Notes: generated by a model from the letters alone, not told the origin. A stretch of DNA of 64,000 bases from Candidatus Shapirobacteria bacterium (GCA_041665485.1 JBAYIT010000001.1:140270-204269); one strand, 5' to 3'. Counted from the stretch's first letter, positions 1 to 10,859 are shown. Numbers and translations: made by a program.

Positions 1-101
1 TGGAAAGAAGCTACATCTATTTGATTATCAACCAAAAAATCGGTAATTTTTTCTGGGGATCTAAGAAGAGAAGAGTTGAGTTGGAGATGTTTGAGGTTCA
101 T
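1..101 (-). CDS. Endonuclease/exonuclease/phosphatase (EEP) family protein, N-terminal fragment (runs off the window)
   Basis: Hand translation from ATG at 101: MNLKHLQLNSSLLRSPEKITDFLVDNQIDVASF(Q), matching the EEP N-terminal 'lqlN...DiixfQE' pattern; not in ORF track. Confidence 0.6.
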   Translation of the reverse strand, partial: MNLKHLQLNSSLLRSPEKITDFLVDNQIDVASF

Positions 102-127
102 GGTTCTTTGGTAAGTTTATCAGAGTG

Positions 128-1039
128 TCAAAAAAGCGAGGATTGGTTGGGGTTTTTGACTAACTTGATGGGCTTTTGGGAGTGGGTTTTGTGAAGGCGG
201 GAGAGGAGGGATTTGAAATTGTAGTCTTTAAAAATGGCTTCAAGGCCGGTAATTTTGTCTTCATTCCAACGGGCGGATTTAAGGCGGAATTTAATGGGAA
301 TATTGGAAATTAAAGTGGCCAGTTTTTGGGAAAGATAGGCATCTTCCCGACTGGTTTCGAGTTTTGATTTAATGGTAGGGCTAATATCGGCGAGGTGGAA
401 ATAAATAGTGTCTAAATTTTGATATTTGGTTAAGAGGTCAGTGGCGGTTTTGGGGCCGATGCCGGCAACACCGGGATAATTATCAGACATATCCCCCATC
501 AGAGCTTTAAGATCGATAACTTGGGTGGGGAGAACGCCAAGTTTTTCTTTAACCTCGTTGATGCCATAAATTTTAGTTTCGGAAAGGCCGCGAATAGGGA
601 CAAAAAGGTTAACCCGGCGGTCGACCAACTGCATAAGATCCTTGTCGCCGGTAATAATAGTTATTTTTCTGACAAAGCGCTTTTTTTTGTAAACAATGGT
701 AGCGATTAAATCGTCGGCCTCGAAACCACCAACAGCGTAAAAAGGGATTTGGGAAGTTTCCAGAGTTTGAGGAAGAACGGGAAGCTGACTAATAAGATCA
801 TGATCGGGAACTTGGCGTTTGGCGCGGTAGCCAACAAATTCAGACGAGCGAAAAGTTGGGCCGGGAGAATCGACACAAACAACGAGGTGACTGGGTTTTA
901 GGGTGTCGATGGCCGATAAAAGCATGGAATAAAAGCCATAAATAGCGTTGACTGGCTCGCCGTTGTGAGTTAGGGGTGGAATGGAGTGGTAGGCGCGATG
1001 AAGAATGGCATGGGCATCGATGATGACGAGATGAGACAT
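128..1039 (-). CDS. Stand-alone 5'-3' exonuclease / flap endonuclease (PolA N-terminal domain)
   Basis: IIDAHAILHRAYH, EADDLIAT, TGDKDLMQLV, GDMSDNYPGVAGIGPKTA motifs; no polymerase domain. Confidence 0.9.
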   Translation of the reverse strand: MSHLVIIDAHAILHRAYHSIPPLTHNGEPVNAIYGFYSMLLSAIDTLKPSHLVVCVDSPGPTFRSSEFVGYRAKRQVPDHDLISQLPVLPQTLETSQIPFYAVGGFEADDLIATIVYKKKRFVRKITIITGDKDLMQLVDRRVNLFVPIRGLSETKIYGINEVKEKLGVLPTQVIDLKALMGDMSDNYPGVAGIGPKTATDLLTKYQNLDTIYFHLADISPTIKSKLETSREDAYLSQKLATLISNIPIKFRLKSARWNEDKITGLEAIFKDYNFKSLLSRLHKTHSQKPIKLVKNPNQSSLF

Positions 1040-1045
1040 AAGTAA

Positions 1046-1306
1046 TTAACGATAGAGCTGGCTGTGAGTGCCAATTAACTGAAAAATAATAAGGTCTTCG
1101 TTGATGGAATATAAAGCCCGACAGTCTCCTGAAACATTAATACTGTAAAGGTGGGACAATTTACCCTTAAGACGATGTAAGTTTAAAATAGGATTGTTTC
1201 TATCGTCAATAAATTGGCCGAGTCGTTTATCAAAAGCTGTTTGAAGATTTCTTGGCAGTTTACGGTATAGTTTTTTAAAATTTTTCGTAAATTTAATCTT
1301 GGTCAC
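1046..1306 (-). CDS. Type II toxin, RelE/YafQ-like mRNA interferase
   Basis: 86 aa basic protein, FTKNFKK...LHRLKG...SINVSGDCRALY...IGTHSQLY. Confidence 0.85.
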   Translation of the reverse strand: MTKIKFTKNFKKLYRKLPRNLQTAFDKRLGQFIDDRNNPILNLHRLKGKLSHLYSINVSGDCRALYSINEDLIIFQLIGTHSQLYR

Positions 1307-1583
1307 TCTTCAACCATTTTAGCGCATCTTTCGACTTAGTGAAGGCGGGAGAGGTTTGCCCGGCTTCCAAATCAGAAACGGACTTTGCCAGATTATTGGA
1401 AAACCATTGGGAAGGCTTGGTTTCATCTGGTTCAAGAGAGAGATGGAGCGACTTGTTGCGGATGAATTGTTTTAACAAAACATTGATTAACGAGCTTAGA
1501 CTAAGCCCAAGTTCTTCGGCTAGATAGGCAGCCTGCCGTTTAATATTTAAATCAGTTTTGATGTTGATGACAGAGGTGTTCAT
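1293..1583 (-). CDS. Type II antitoxin, RelB/DinJ-like
   Basis: Likely start MNTSVINIKTD...AEELGLSLSSLINVLLKQF (ribbon-helix-helix); overlaps toxin start. Confidence 0.8.
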   Translation of the reverse strand: MNTSVINIKTDLNIKRQAAYLAEELGLSLSSLINVLLKQFIRNKSLHLSLEPDETKPSQWFSNNLAKSVSDLEAGQTSPAFTKSKDALKWLKSDQD

Positions 1584-1682
1584 TAGGAAGTAGTATATAC
1601 GATGTATGGATATTGTAAATAGTGAAATTACCGTTAATTTGGAGTGTGTGGTAGGTTGGATAATAAATGATAAAATGGGCAT

Positions 1683-2441
1683 ATGAAACAACCAATTACT
1701 GATAGTTATCAGCGAATATTTGCCGATAAAAAAAGGGTGTTAGTGGTTTTTGCCCATCCTGATGACCTTGAACTCTACTGTGGTGGTACGGTTGCCCGCC
1801 TAATCTCGGATGGAAAAATAGTACGATCTGTCAAAATGACCAGTGGCGAGATGGGTTCGCGCCAGGAAAAGATTACTCAAGAGGAATTGCTATCCATTAG
1901 AGAAAAAGAGGACTCGGCCTCAATGACCGAATTGGGAATTGCCAGGGAAGATAATGTTTATCTTCGTCGCGGGGATGGCAAAATCGAAAATAATCTTGAA
2001 ATTATTGGCGATGTGGCTAAGCAAATTCGATTATTTCAACCTGATTTAATTATTACCCATAATCCACAGGACTTAGTTATTCGTTTTGATAAAGACATAA
2101 ACTGGTTTAATCACAGGGATCACCGCAATACCGGCCAGATCGTTATTGATGCTTCTTACCCATACGCGCGCGATATTCTCTTTTATCCAGACCACTTTCA
2201 AGATCCGGTGGCAAAATCTTGGACGTGTACTGAGTTTCTTTTGGTTGACTCATACGGCCATGAGGATAGTGTTTTCGTTGATATCACCAAATTTATTAGC
2301 AAAAGAGTAGCAGCTCACGCAAGACACAAATCTCAATACTCAACAAAAGACGCCAAAGATTCGGCTGATTTTTTTACCAAAAGTTGGGACTCACAAGGAA
2401 AAAACAAATATGAAACATTCCGCCATGTTATCGTCGACTGA
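1683..2441 (+). CDS. PIG-L/LmbE family deacetylase
   Basis: VFAHPDD and HRDH metal motifs; PDLIITH. Confidence 0.85.
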   Translation: MKQPITDSYQRIFADKKRVLVVFAHPDDLELYCGGTVARLISDGKIVRSVKMTSGEMGSRQEKITQEELLSIREKEDSASMTELGIAREDNVYLRRGDGKIENNLEIIGDVAKQIRLFQPDLIITHNPQDLVIRFDKDINWFNHRDHRNTGQIVIDASYPYARDILFYPDHFQDPVAKSWTCTEFLLVDSYGHEDSVFVDITKFISKRVAAHARHKSQYSTKDAKDSADFFTKSWDSQGKNKYETFRHVIVD

Positions 2442-2528
2442 TCTACGTCTTTTTTCTGACAATGTGATAAGTTTTTTTCATCGTTCCGCTAAATATAAGT
2501 AATTGATTTGCGGATGCGGCTGTTGGAC

Positions 2529-3434
2529 CTAGGACAGTAATTTCTCATCTGGTAGTAATAAGTAGGGAGCCATTTCTTGAGCTGTTTTTAAGATTCTTTG
2601 CCATTCTTCGTCTATTAGACGAAATTGTTGGCCAACATATTCTCTATAACCCTGATCATTTTCATCCAAAGGTTCTCTTTCAGTTCTGTTAATTTCATCC
2701 AACCAGCTTTGTCTTGAAATACGAACCAATTCAACATCTCTTGCAATAGATCTGATAGCCAGTATCTCTACAGGAGGGTGCATTTGGCCATCAAACCATA
2801 GAGGATTATTCCCCTTTACTATTTCAATCTCCTCAGCGCTTAAAGGAGTACCATCATCTCTGTAAATTCCAATTAATCTAGTGCCTATTCCACCTTTTTC
2901 GTTTGTAATTATTTCGGCCTCTGTCAAGTCAGGCATCTTTTGTATAACTGGATGAACAGCACTGTAAAAGAGAACATTTTCCACTGGCATCTCCACAACT
3001 GAGTAATATCCTCTTCCTTGTATTCCTCCCAATCCACATGCTTCACCAGCCCATGCTTGAGCAATGTCTTCAGTCATAGTATATGAGTCATAAGGAAAAA
3101 GTCTTAGTCTTTCTATTGGTAAACCTCTACCGAAACCACGCCATGCAGTAAATCTTTTCCCTAATTTCTGTTCAGCCTGTCGTTGAGAGATTGATTGGAT
3201 TTCAGCCGCTTCAGCTGGATTATCAATAATAGCTTTGACCACGTCTTCTTTACCTTGGGCTCCAGGACTTCCTACCCATCCAATTAATGCTCTATGAACC
3301 GGCATGTTTTCGGTTGCAGTAAACCACTTGTAAGTATCCTTAAAAATCTCTCTCCATTTTCGTGTAATGTCATCATCGAGAACAAGGGGGTCTTGTTGGT
3401 TTGTAGGAACAGGGATTTTTTCATCTAATATCAT
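2529..3434 (-). CDS. Hypothetical protein, possible R-S-E ADP-ribosyltransferase fold
   Basis: AWRG...YDSYT..EDIAQAWA...TEAEII in ART motif order. Confidence 0.4.
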   Translation of the reverse strand: MILDEKIPVPTNQQDPLVLDDDITRKWREIFKDTYKWFTATENMPVHRALIGWVGSPGAQGKEDVVKAIIDNPAEAAEIQSISQRQAEQKLGKRFTAWRGFGRGLPIERLRLFPYDSYTMTEDIAQAWAGEACGLGGIQGRGYYSVVEMPVENVLFYSAVHPVIQKMPDLTEAEIITNEKGGIGTRLIGIYRDDGTPLSAEEIEIVKGNNPLWFDGQMHPPVEILAIRSIARDVELVRISRQSWLDEINRTEREPLDENDQGYREYVGQQFRLIDEEWQRILKTAQEMAPYLLLPDEKLLS

Positions 3435-3585
3435 AAAATGATTGGGTTCTGACTAGATAACACTAACTTTGTTGCCTCCTAATGTTTTCTTGCCCACAAA
3501 TAACACTCGGGGCCGAGGAATAATCAAATATTCGCATACAGTTAAGTATAACGCAGGGTGGGACGTTAGCTGTTAGAATTAATAA

Positions 3586-4506
3586 ATGGAACAGCATTCG
3601 ATCCCGCAACAGATAAGCTCGTATGAGTTTAAGCTGGTGGGGGAAATGACTTTGAAACAGTTTTTGAAGGCGGCAGTGGGGATAGTACTGGCCCTAATGA
3701 TTAATGCCACTGGACTGGTGTTTTTTATAAAATACCCCTTAGTTTTGGCGCTTGGAGGCGGAGGTTTGGCTTTGGCGTTTGTGCCTTTTGAAGACAGACC
3801 GCTGGAAACTTGGATTTTGTCTTTTTTGAAGTCAATTTATACTCCGACGATTTTGATTTACAAAAAAAGGGCTGATAAAAACTGGCTTAATATTGACTAC
3901 ACTAGGGCCAAGTTTATTGAGGAAGAAAAAGAAGAGGAGGAAAAAGCGATTCCGATGAAGAATAAAAGCAAAGTGGCAGAATTTATCGATTCGTTGCCAT
4001 CGGTAAAAAGAGCGGATGAGGAGGGTGAGAATCTAGAATCTGGAATCAAGAATCTAGATTTGAAAACCAAAAACCAAGAAATGGGAGAACAGAAATTAGT
4101 AACTAGTAACAAGATACAAGAAGGAGCCGAGCAAAAGACAACTGACTGGAGGGGGGCAGCGGCAAATTTGGGATTGAAATCGGAAAAATTAGAAGCAACG
4201 GCAAAAGCAACTTTTGGATCGATACCAATGCCAGATATTCCCGACCTACCAAACCTGTTGGTTGGAATGGTGACTAGCAAAGAAGGAAAAATAGTTGACG
4301 GAGCAATCGTTGAAATTTTGGACAACTTGGGCAACCCAGTAAGAGTATTAAAGACTAACCCCTTGGGACAATTTAGAACCTCGACACAATTAAGTGACGG
4401 AAAATATCTGGTAGTGACTGAAAAAGAAGGGTTTGGCTTTGATAGAGTAGAAATAAACCTATCAGGAGGGATAGTTGAGCCGATTAAAATCCAGGCATTG
4501 GCCTAA
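3586..4506 (+). CDS. PrgI (VirB3-like) family protein with C-terminal carboxypeptidase-regulatory-like domain
   Basis: IPQQISSYEFKLVGEMTLKQF, two TM helices, RPLETWI; C-terminal GAIVEI...TNPLGQF; upstream of VirB4. Confidence 0.75.
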   Translation: MEQHSIPQQISSYEFKLVGEMTLKQFLKAAVGIVLALMINATGLVFFIKYPLVLALGGGGLALAFVPFEDRPLETWILSFLKSIYTPTILIYKKRADKNWLNIDYTRAKFIEEEKEEEEKAIPMKNKSKVAEFIDSLPSVKRADEEGENLESGIKNLDLKTKNQEMGEQKLVTSNKIQEGAEQKTTDWRGAAANLGLKSEKLEATAKATFGSIPMPDIPDLPNLLVGMVTSKEGKIVDGAIVEILDNLGNPVRVLKTNPLGQFRTSTQLSDGKYLVVTEKEGFGFDRVEINLSGGIVEPIKIQALA

Positions 4507-4538
4507 AGACGAGAGATTGGTTATTATTATGTAGCAAT

Positions 4539-5252
4539 ATGGCAACTGACCCGTTAAAAGTCGCAATTAGAGGAACAACACAAGACCACCTACCAATGGA
4601 GGATGTGATTGATGATGTGGTGTTAATGAAAAACGGCGAATGTGCAGCGATAATGCAAGTTTCGTCGGTAAACTTCGACCTTTTGTCGGAAAGAGAGCAA
4701 CAAGCAATGGTCTATGCCTATGGAGGGATTTTAAATTCCCTTAATTTTCCAATCCAAATTGTAATTTATTCAAATACCAAGGATGTTGGTTTTTATCTTT
4801 CGAACCTTAAGATAGCAGAAGAAAAACAGACTAACGGATTATTAAAAACGAGGATTCAGTCGTACCGCAAATTTATCGAGGAAACGGTTAGGAAAAATGA
4901 TGTTTTGTCAAAGTCGTTTTACGTGATAGTCCCCTTCTCAATTTTAGAGTTAGGAATTAAAAGTGCCCAAAGCTCAATTACCGGAAGCTTTAAACTACCA
5001 TTTGGTAATCACAACAAACAAACAGAGTTGCCATTTGAAAAAAACTATATTATAGAAAAGGCTAAAGCTAGTTTAAAACCAAAAAAAGACCATATTATTA
5101 GGTTGTTTGCAAGGTTGGGGTTAGAGATTAAAGCTTTAAATACCAAAGAAATAATTGAATTACTTTATAAAATTTACAATGAAGACACGGCGGCTAATCA
5201 AAAATTACAAACATTAAATTACGATGCGCCAGTGGTTACCGCTAAAATTTAG
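4539..5252 (+). CDS. T4SS-associated protein (VirB4 N-terminal/TraC-like partner)
   Basis: VSSVNFDLLSEREQ...LNSLNFPIQIV; between PrgI and VirB4. Confidence 0.6.
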   Translation: MATDPLKVAIRGTTQDHLPMEDVIDDVVLMKNGECAAIMQVSSVNFDLLSEREQQAMVYAYGGILNSLNFPIQIVIYSNTKDVGFYLSNLKIAEEKQTNGLLKTRIQSYRKFIEETVRKNDVLSKSFYVIVPFSILELGIKSAQSSITGSFKLPFGNHNKQTELPFEKNYIIEKAKASLKPKKDHIIRLFARLGLEIKALNTKEIIELLYKIYNEDTAANQKLQTLNYDAPVVTAKI

Positions 5253-5293
5253 ATCCTAGATGATAGATCTTAGATCTTAGATAAAAACAAAAA

Positions 5294-7924
5294 ATGGGAC
5301 TTAATATATTTGCAAAAAAGAAAGCAGACACAACAGCCGTGGCATCGGTTGCGCCACCTGTCGAGAAAACTAAACCTACCGGGGAAAAAGCGTTTGTGGA
5401 GGGATTAGTGTCGACCAAAGACATTATTGCTCCGGGAGCACTGGAGGTTGATTTTAATGAAATTAGAATAAATAACAAGTACTATCGGACCTGTTTTATT
5501 GCCGGATACCCCCGGTTTGTGGGAATGAACTGGCTCTCTCCATTAATCAATTTTGACGCATCGCTTTCGGTGTCGATGTACATCTACCCAACCGACGGCA
5601 AACAAATTTTGGACGATCTTAGGAGAAAAATTGCAGAAATGGAGGCGGAGATAAGTACTGATATTCAAAGAGGAAGGGTGGTTAATCCAACAACACAGGC
5701 AAAGTTGGAAGATGCACTTAATTTACAGGCAGATTTGGCCAAAGGAGAGGAGAGATTTTTTCAATTTGGGTTATATGTGACAATGGCAGCGGAAACAAAA
5801 GACGACTTAAATCGGATTACAAAAAACCTTGAGGCAGCGTTGGGGGCCTTAATGATTAGTAGTAAGAAATCAACCTTGCAGATGGAGGAAGGGTTTATAA
5901 CAACATTGCCTCTGGGAGCCGATAAATTGCAAATAACGAGAAACATGGACACGACGTCGTTGGCGACAACTTTCCCGTTTGTTAGCTCTGATCTTTCCGA
6001 CGATAAGGGGATAATGTATGGAATTAACGAACACAACGGCAGTTTGGTGATTTTTGACCGGTTTTCAATGCCAAACTACAACTCAGTCGTTTTTGCCACT
6101 GCCGGAGCGGGAAAATCATATTTAATTAAATTGGAAGTAATGAGGTCGTTAATGCTGGGAACAGAGATCATCGTTATTGACCCAGAAAACGAATATAAGG
6201 ACTTGTGCGAATCGGTTGGTGGGCAGTATGTGGCTTTTGGTTATAGTGAACCCTCAAAAATAAATCCTTTTGATTTGTCCTTGGTAACAGATGAAGGGGA
6301 AAACGCCCTTAATTCAAAGATTTTGGATTTGCACAAGTTGCTTAAGATAATGATTGGAGAGATGGACCCGATTGAGGAGTCGATTCTAGATAGGGCGGTA
6401 ATGGACGCCTATAAAATGAAGGGAATTACACCGGATCCAGAGACACAAAATAAAGAACCACCTCTAATTGAGGATTTGTATAAATCATTGATTGGAATGG
6501 AGGAGGAAAAAGCGAGAGGTTTGTCGGCCAGAATTGAAAAATATATTAAAGGGTCGTTTGCCGGTATTTTTAATCAAAAAACAACGGTTAGTTTAAACAA
6601 CAAGTTTGTGGTTTTTGGGATTAGAAATTTGGAAGATGCTCTGCGGCCGGTGGCAATGCAAATAATTCTTGACTATATTTGGACGACAGTAAAGAAAAAT
6701 TTAAAAAAGAGAATATTGGTGGTTGATGAGGCGTGGTACTTGATGCAATATGATGATTCAGCGGCGTTTTTGAGAGGAATTGTGAAGAGAGGGAGAAAAT
6801 ATTACTTGGGGGTAACAACAATAACCCAAGATGTGGACGACTTTTTACAAACGCCATATGGCAAAGAAATTGTGACCAATAGCTCGATTCAAATATTGCT
6901 AAAACAGCATAGCGCGGCAATAGATATGATTGGTGATGTTTTTTACCTGTCTGAAGGGGAAAAACAGCTATTAATGTCAGCGGCGAAGGGCGAGGGGATA
7001 TTTTTTGCCGGGCAAAATCATGTAGCGATTAGAGTGATTGCCTCGGAAGAAGAGCATCTTCTGATTACATCAAACCCAGAGGAAGTAATGAAGATTAAGA
7101 ATCAACGAATCAAAGAATCTGCGAATTTAGATTTAAGCAATACAAATATTACAAAACCAGAACCTGCTGAACCGGCTCCCGTGATACAACCTAATGATCC
7201 CGTGGTGCCAGTCGATCCAACTCCTACATCGATCCCAACCCCAGTGGTTGAGCCGTCTATCAGCCCGGTTCCAGTAGTTCCGGCTCCTGTAGCTCAAACC
7301 CCCGTAGTACCAGTAGTAAGTGAACCAAGTAAACCCAGATTTGTAACGGAGGTAGTGGGTGTACCTCAAGAAACTAGCCATGAGGAATTGCTATCAAAAA
7401 AGATTAATGAAATGGAGGAACTGGAAAAGGCCGAATTGGCAAAATTCGAGGAACAGAAAAAGATAGATGACGAGAAAAAGAAGAAAGAGGAAGAAGAAAA
7501 GGCAAAAATGGGTGGATTTGGAGGAAGTAGTTTTGGGGGGTTACCCAAATACGGCGATTTATTTAAATCAGCCGGAAAGTTACCACCACTACCTCCCCTA
7601 CCACCTTTACCTAAATATCAAGCACCAACAGTAAATAACCAAACAATTTCTCCGTCTGAGACGGATTCCGCTTCGCTTCACAATAACCAAATTCCAAGTT
7701 CCAAACAGGAAGATAAAAAAACTAAACCAATATTCGTGGATATGACGGAGAAACAAATACCCCAACCACTGCAATTGCAGAAAAAAGCAAAACCCATTTT
7801 TGAAGAATCTACGAATCTAGAATCTGGAATTAAGAAAGACAACAAAAATGAGGAAATAGGAACAAAAAAAGACGACAAAGTAAACAAATCCTATGATGAG
7901 TTGTTTGGAAACGGGATTGTTTAG
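5294..7924 (+). CDS. virB4: VirB4-like type IV secretion/conjugation ATPase with Pro-rich C-terminal tail
   Basis: Walker A ATAGAGKS, IDPENEY, INPFD, Walker B LVVDEAW, RGRKY...ITQD. Confidence 0.85.
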   Translation: MGLNIFAKKKADTTAVASVAPPVEKTKPTGEKAFVEGLVSTKDIIAPGALEVDFNEIRINNKYYRTCFIAGYPRFVGMNWLSPLINFDASLSVSMYIYPTDGKQILDDLRRKIAEMEAEISTDIQRGRVVNPTTQAKLEDALNLQADLAKGEERFFQFGLYVTMAAETKDDLNRITKNLEAALGALMISSKKSTLQMEEGFITTLPLGADKLQITRNMDTTSLATTFPFVSSDLSDDKGIMYGINEHNGSLVIFDRFSMPNYNSVVFATAGAGKSYLIKLEVMRSLMLGTEIIVIDPENEYKDLCESVGGQYVAFGYSEPSKINPFDLSLVTDEGENALNSKILDLHKLLKIMIGEMDPIEESILDRAVMDAYKMKGITPDPETQNKEPPLIEDLYKSLIGMEEEKARGLSARIEKYIKGSFAGIFNQKTTVSLNNKFVVFGIRNLEDALRPVAMQIILDYIWTTVKKNLKKRILVVDEAWYLMQYDDSAAFLRGIVKRGRKYYLGVTTITQDVDDFLQTPYGKEIVTNSSIQILLKQHSAAIDMIGDVFYLSEGEKQLLMSAAKGEGIFFAGQNHVAIRVIASEEEHLLITSNPEEVMKIKNQRIKESANLDLSNTNITKPEPAEPAPVIQPNDPVVPVDPTPTSIPTPVVEPSISPVPVVPAPVAQTPVVPVVSEPSKPRFVTEVVGVPQETSHEELLSKKINEMEELEKAELAKFEEQKKIDDEKKKKEEEEKAKMGGFGGSSFGGLPKYGDLFKSAGKLPPLPPLPPLPKYQAPTVNNQTISPSETDSASLHNNQIPSSKQEDKKTKPIFVDMTEKQIPQPLQLQKKAKPIFEESTNLESGIKKDNKNEEIGTKKDDKVNKSYDELFGNGIV

Positions 7925-7947
7925 GAAATTTTGGGTATAATTTCGGT

Positions 7948-10857
7948 GTGGCAACAGACATAAAACAAAGACGACAACCTATTGAAGTGGTGGGGGCCGG
8001 CGGATGGGATAGAAACGAACCAGAAACAGTGGGAGAAGTTTTGAGGTTACTTGAAGCTAGAGGCGGAAGAATAATAGACATAGAGGAAGAAGGTGGAGTT
8101 TGGCGGAAAATTGTTCAAATTTGTCAATACTTTGGAGTTACTGGTAAATTAAGCGTTGATCCGGTAGAGATCTTGAAGACACTTAAGATTGAGGCAAAAG
8201 ATGAAAATTTGACTTTGGATGAGGTGGCTGAAGAACTTAATAAAAGAATAGAAGAGGCGATTGAAAGGCCGGAGTTGGAGACTAAGACGTTGAATTCGGA
8301 ACAACTAAAGATATTGCTTAGGAAACTTGACGACCATTTGATGGAGCAAGGAAAAACAACAGAGGCAGTTGAGAGAGTGGCAAAAACATACGGCCTCGAC
8401 AAGGACGGAGAGGCTTTATTGGCCCAGGCGGTGGCGAGAAAAAAAGAAATTGAGATAAAACTGGCGAAACATGGAGCTGATGTCATCAGTGACAGCCAGG
8501 TAGTAGCTGAAGCAATGTTGGTTGAGGAAGGGTTGTCCAAAAAAGAAGCCAAAGAATCGGCAGAAAAGATGGTTGAAGTAGTGGTGGAAGATAGAACTAA
8601 TAGACCGAAAGTTAGAGAAGAGCTTGCTGGTGAGAGTGAATCAGTAAGACAGGTGGCGGAAGAGTTGACAGTAGCCTTGGAAATCGAAGAAAAGCTTCAA
8701 GATGCAACGAGGGAAACAGTGGAACTAACTAGAGAGACAGAGGCAAAATTGAGACCAGTGCTGGGTGATAGGGCACTGGAAGTGGCAGTGGCGGTGGCAA
8801 ATGGAACCGAACCAGAGAAGGCAGTGCCAACGGAATTAAAAATAGAAAGAAGAGAGAGGGAGGTAGTGATAGTAGAACTAGGACATGAAAGAGAAACGAT
8901 AATGGTCGAACAACAAATCAGAGAAAAGGTAAATATTGTTTCGACTAGATTGGCAGAAGTGTTGGGAATAGAAAGGGATGGTGTGGCAGTTGAAGAGATA
9001 AGACGAGAAGTGGAAGAAAGAATGAGGATGACAATGAGAGATGGAGGTGATTTGAACCGACCAGTGGCGACTGTAGTGTCAGGGACAGAAGGTGTAGTAG
9101 TACGAACGACAATGATAGGTAAAGTTGAGGAGGTGGTAGGGGCTGAAGTACCAACAGAAAAACTGAAGCAGGTAAATTCAATATTGGATGGCGCGAGTCA
9201 GGAGCTGAATAAATACCAAGATCAGTTTGGTGATGTTTTAGCTTGGCGCAAAAGACATACTCGGGAAGAAGTAATTGATGCGATGGTGGCTAGAAGCGGA
9301 GTAAGCAACCAGTCTATTGTCGATTATGCTTCGAGATTGGCTGATATAGCCGAGAAAGAGAGTCCAATTGAAAAATGGAAAAATGTAGCTTTAAGTAATC
9401 TTGAAGCACAACAAATGAATTTGGCCGAAAACGAAAGATTAAGCCCGACTCAAAGAGAAAATGCTTGGGATAAAATAGTGGGGATTTCAAAAATCCTAAG
9501 AATGTCGCCTGACGTTTTTGATGCTACAGTAGCAGCTAGGAATAAAGTGGTTGAAGCGATTGGTGAAACAGCCGTTGATGGAGTAAAACTAGGTAGAGTC
9601 GGTATTTATGATCAGATATTTAAGTTGGCGGGGGAAAATGAGGGGCTGAAATCGATGTTGAATTTTGTTCAAAAGAAAGTGGCCTTTTTTGAACAATTTA
9701 ACAACCTTGGCTTTCAAATATTTAGCCGATTGGGCGGAGAAGAAATGGCGCTTAATTTTGCCGGCAGAATTGCCGGACAAGCAGGGGTGGAGTTTGCCAA
9801 AGAAGGTTTAATGATAATGGCGGAACAAGGAGCTGGGGCAGGAATAAGATTTGGATTGGAGAAAATTGCTGGGCAATTAGCGGTAAGATTTGGGATAAAC
9901 TCGGCGACTACAGTTGCAACTAGCGGGGCAACAACTGGATCAATTGCGGTGGCGGGAGCGGCGACAGGCCCACCAGGATGGGTGATAGCAGCAATAGTAA
10001 TTGGTGTTCAATTGGTAGGAAAGGCGGTGGGGTGGGTGGTGGGGAAAATTAAGGGATTTTTTGGAGGAATGCTGGGGGCACTGGGAATAGATGCCAAGAT
10101 GTTTGATGCGGTTGGGGGAATTAAAAACTTTTTGAAAGAGAATGGTATGGGACTGTTGAACAAGCCGATGGAATTGATTGAGGGTTTACTGAATATAATC
10201 GGGATGGGGTGGATAGCAAAGGATTTGGGGAACTTAATAATTTGGGTGGTTAGTGGAGTTTTTGTGGGGTTTTTACTGATTTCTTCAATGCTGACGGCTC
10301 CGATTGCCTCACTTTTTCTGCCACCGGGGAGAGGGGTGGGAGGGGCGGTGGTGGACCAGACGACGCTAAACGGCGGTTATTTGGCGGCGGCGCCATGGAG
10401 CGGTGACATAAACGAACTGCCAGACTCCTGCCCACCAGATAGCTTGCCAATTGGGGGAACGGTGACACAGGGACCTTTAGCAAAAGACTGCTCTCATGCT
10501 CTTTACAAAAACGTCATTGATGTGGCCGGACCGAAAGATAATATCTTATCAACTCATGATGGAGTAGTAGAAGCAGTAATAAATATGGGTGATGGGTATG
10601 GGCAATATGTTGATATTAGGGGAAGGTGTGGCACGACTACTTTTGTAACCCGTTATGCGCACATGGTTGTTGGTTCACCTAAAGTGAAGGTGGGAGAAAA
10701 AGTGGAAAAAGAGAAAACAATACTTGGGACGCGAAATAGTTCGGGAAATTCAAGCGGAAATCACTTACACTATGAAATTAGAGGACTAACAACAGAATAT
10801 TTTCATGACTGGGAGGGATGTTGTAATGAAAATAATGGTACTTTTTGTAAAAATTAA
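7948..10857 (+). CDS. Large membrane protein with C-terminal M23 family peptidase
   Basis: Glu-rich helical N-terminus, Gly/Ala-rich hydrophobic segments, then H...ID, DGYGQYV, TRYAHM, SSGNHLHYE. Confidence 0.75.
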   Translation: MATDIKQRRQPIEVVGAGGWDRNEPETVGEVLRLLEARGGRIIDIEEEGGVWRKIVQICQYFGVTGKLSVDPVEILKTLKIEAKDENLTLDEVAEELNKRIEEAIERPELETKTLNSEQLKILLRKLDDHLMEQGKTTEAVERVAKTYGLDKDGEALLAQAVARKKEIEIKLAKHGADVISDSQVVAEAMLVEEGLSKKEAKESAEKMVEVVVEDRTNRPKVREELAGESESVRQVAEELTVALEIEEKLQDATRETVELTRETEAKLRPVLGDRALEVAVAVANGTEPEKAVPTELKIERREREVVIVELGHERETIMVEQQIREKVNIVSTRLAEVLGIERDGVAVEEIRREVEERMRMTMRDGGDLNRPVATVVSGTEGVVVRTTMIGKVEEVVGAEVPTEKLKQVNSILDGASQELNKYQDQFGDVLAWRKRHTREEVIDAMVARSGVSNQSIVDYASRLADIAEKESPIEKWKNVALSNLEAQQMNLAENERLSPTQRENAWDKIVGISKILRMSPDVFDATVAARNKVVEAIGETAVDGVKLGRVGIYDQIFKLAGENEGLKSMLNFVQKKVAFFEQFNNLGFQIFSRLGGEEMALNFAGRIAGQAGVEFAKEGLMIMAEQGAGAGIRFGLEKIAGQLAVRFGINSATTVATSGATTGSIAVAGAATGPPGWVIAAIVIGVQLVGKAVGWVVGKIKGFFGGMLGALGIDAKMFDAVGGIKNFLKENGMGLLNKPMELIEGLLNIIGMGWIAKDLGNLIIWVVSGVFVGFLLISSMLTAPIASLFLPPGRGVGGAVVDQTTLNGGYLAAAPWSGDINELPDSCPPDSLPIGGTVTQGPLAKDCSHALYKNVIDVAGPKDNILSTHDGVVEAVINMGDGYGQYVDIRGRCGTTTFVTRYAHMVVGSPKVKVGEKVEKEKTILGTRNSSGNSSGNHLHYEIRGLTTEYFHDWEGCCNENNGTFCKN

Positions 10858-10859
10858 TT

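Noticed and set aside
1046-1583. Toxin-antitoxin pair as a novel system
   Set aside because: Ordinary RelBE/DinJ-YafQ-type module
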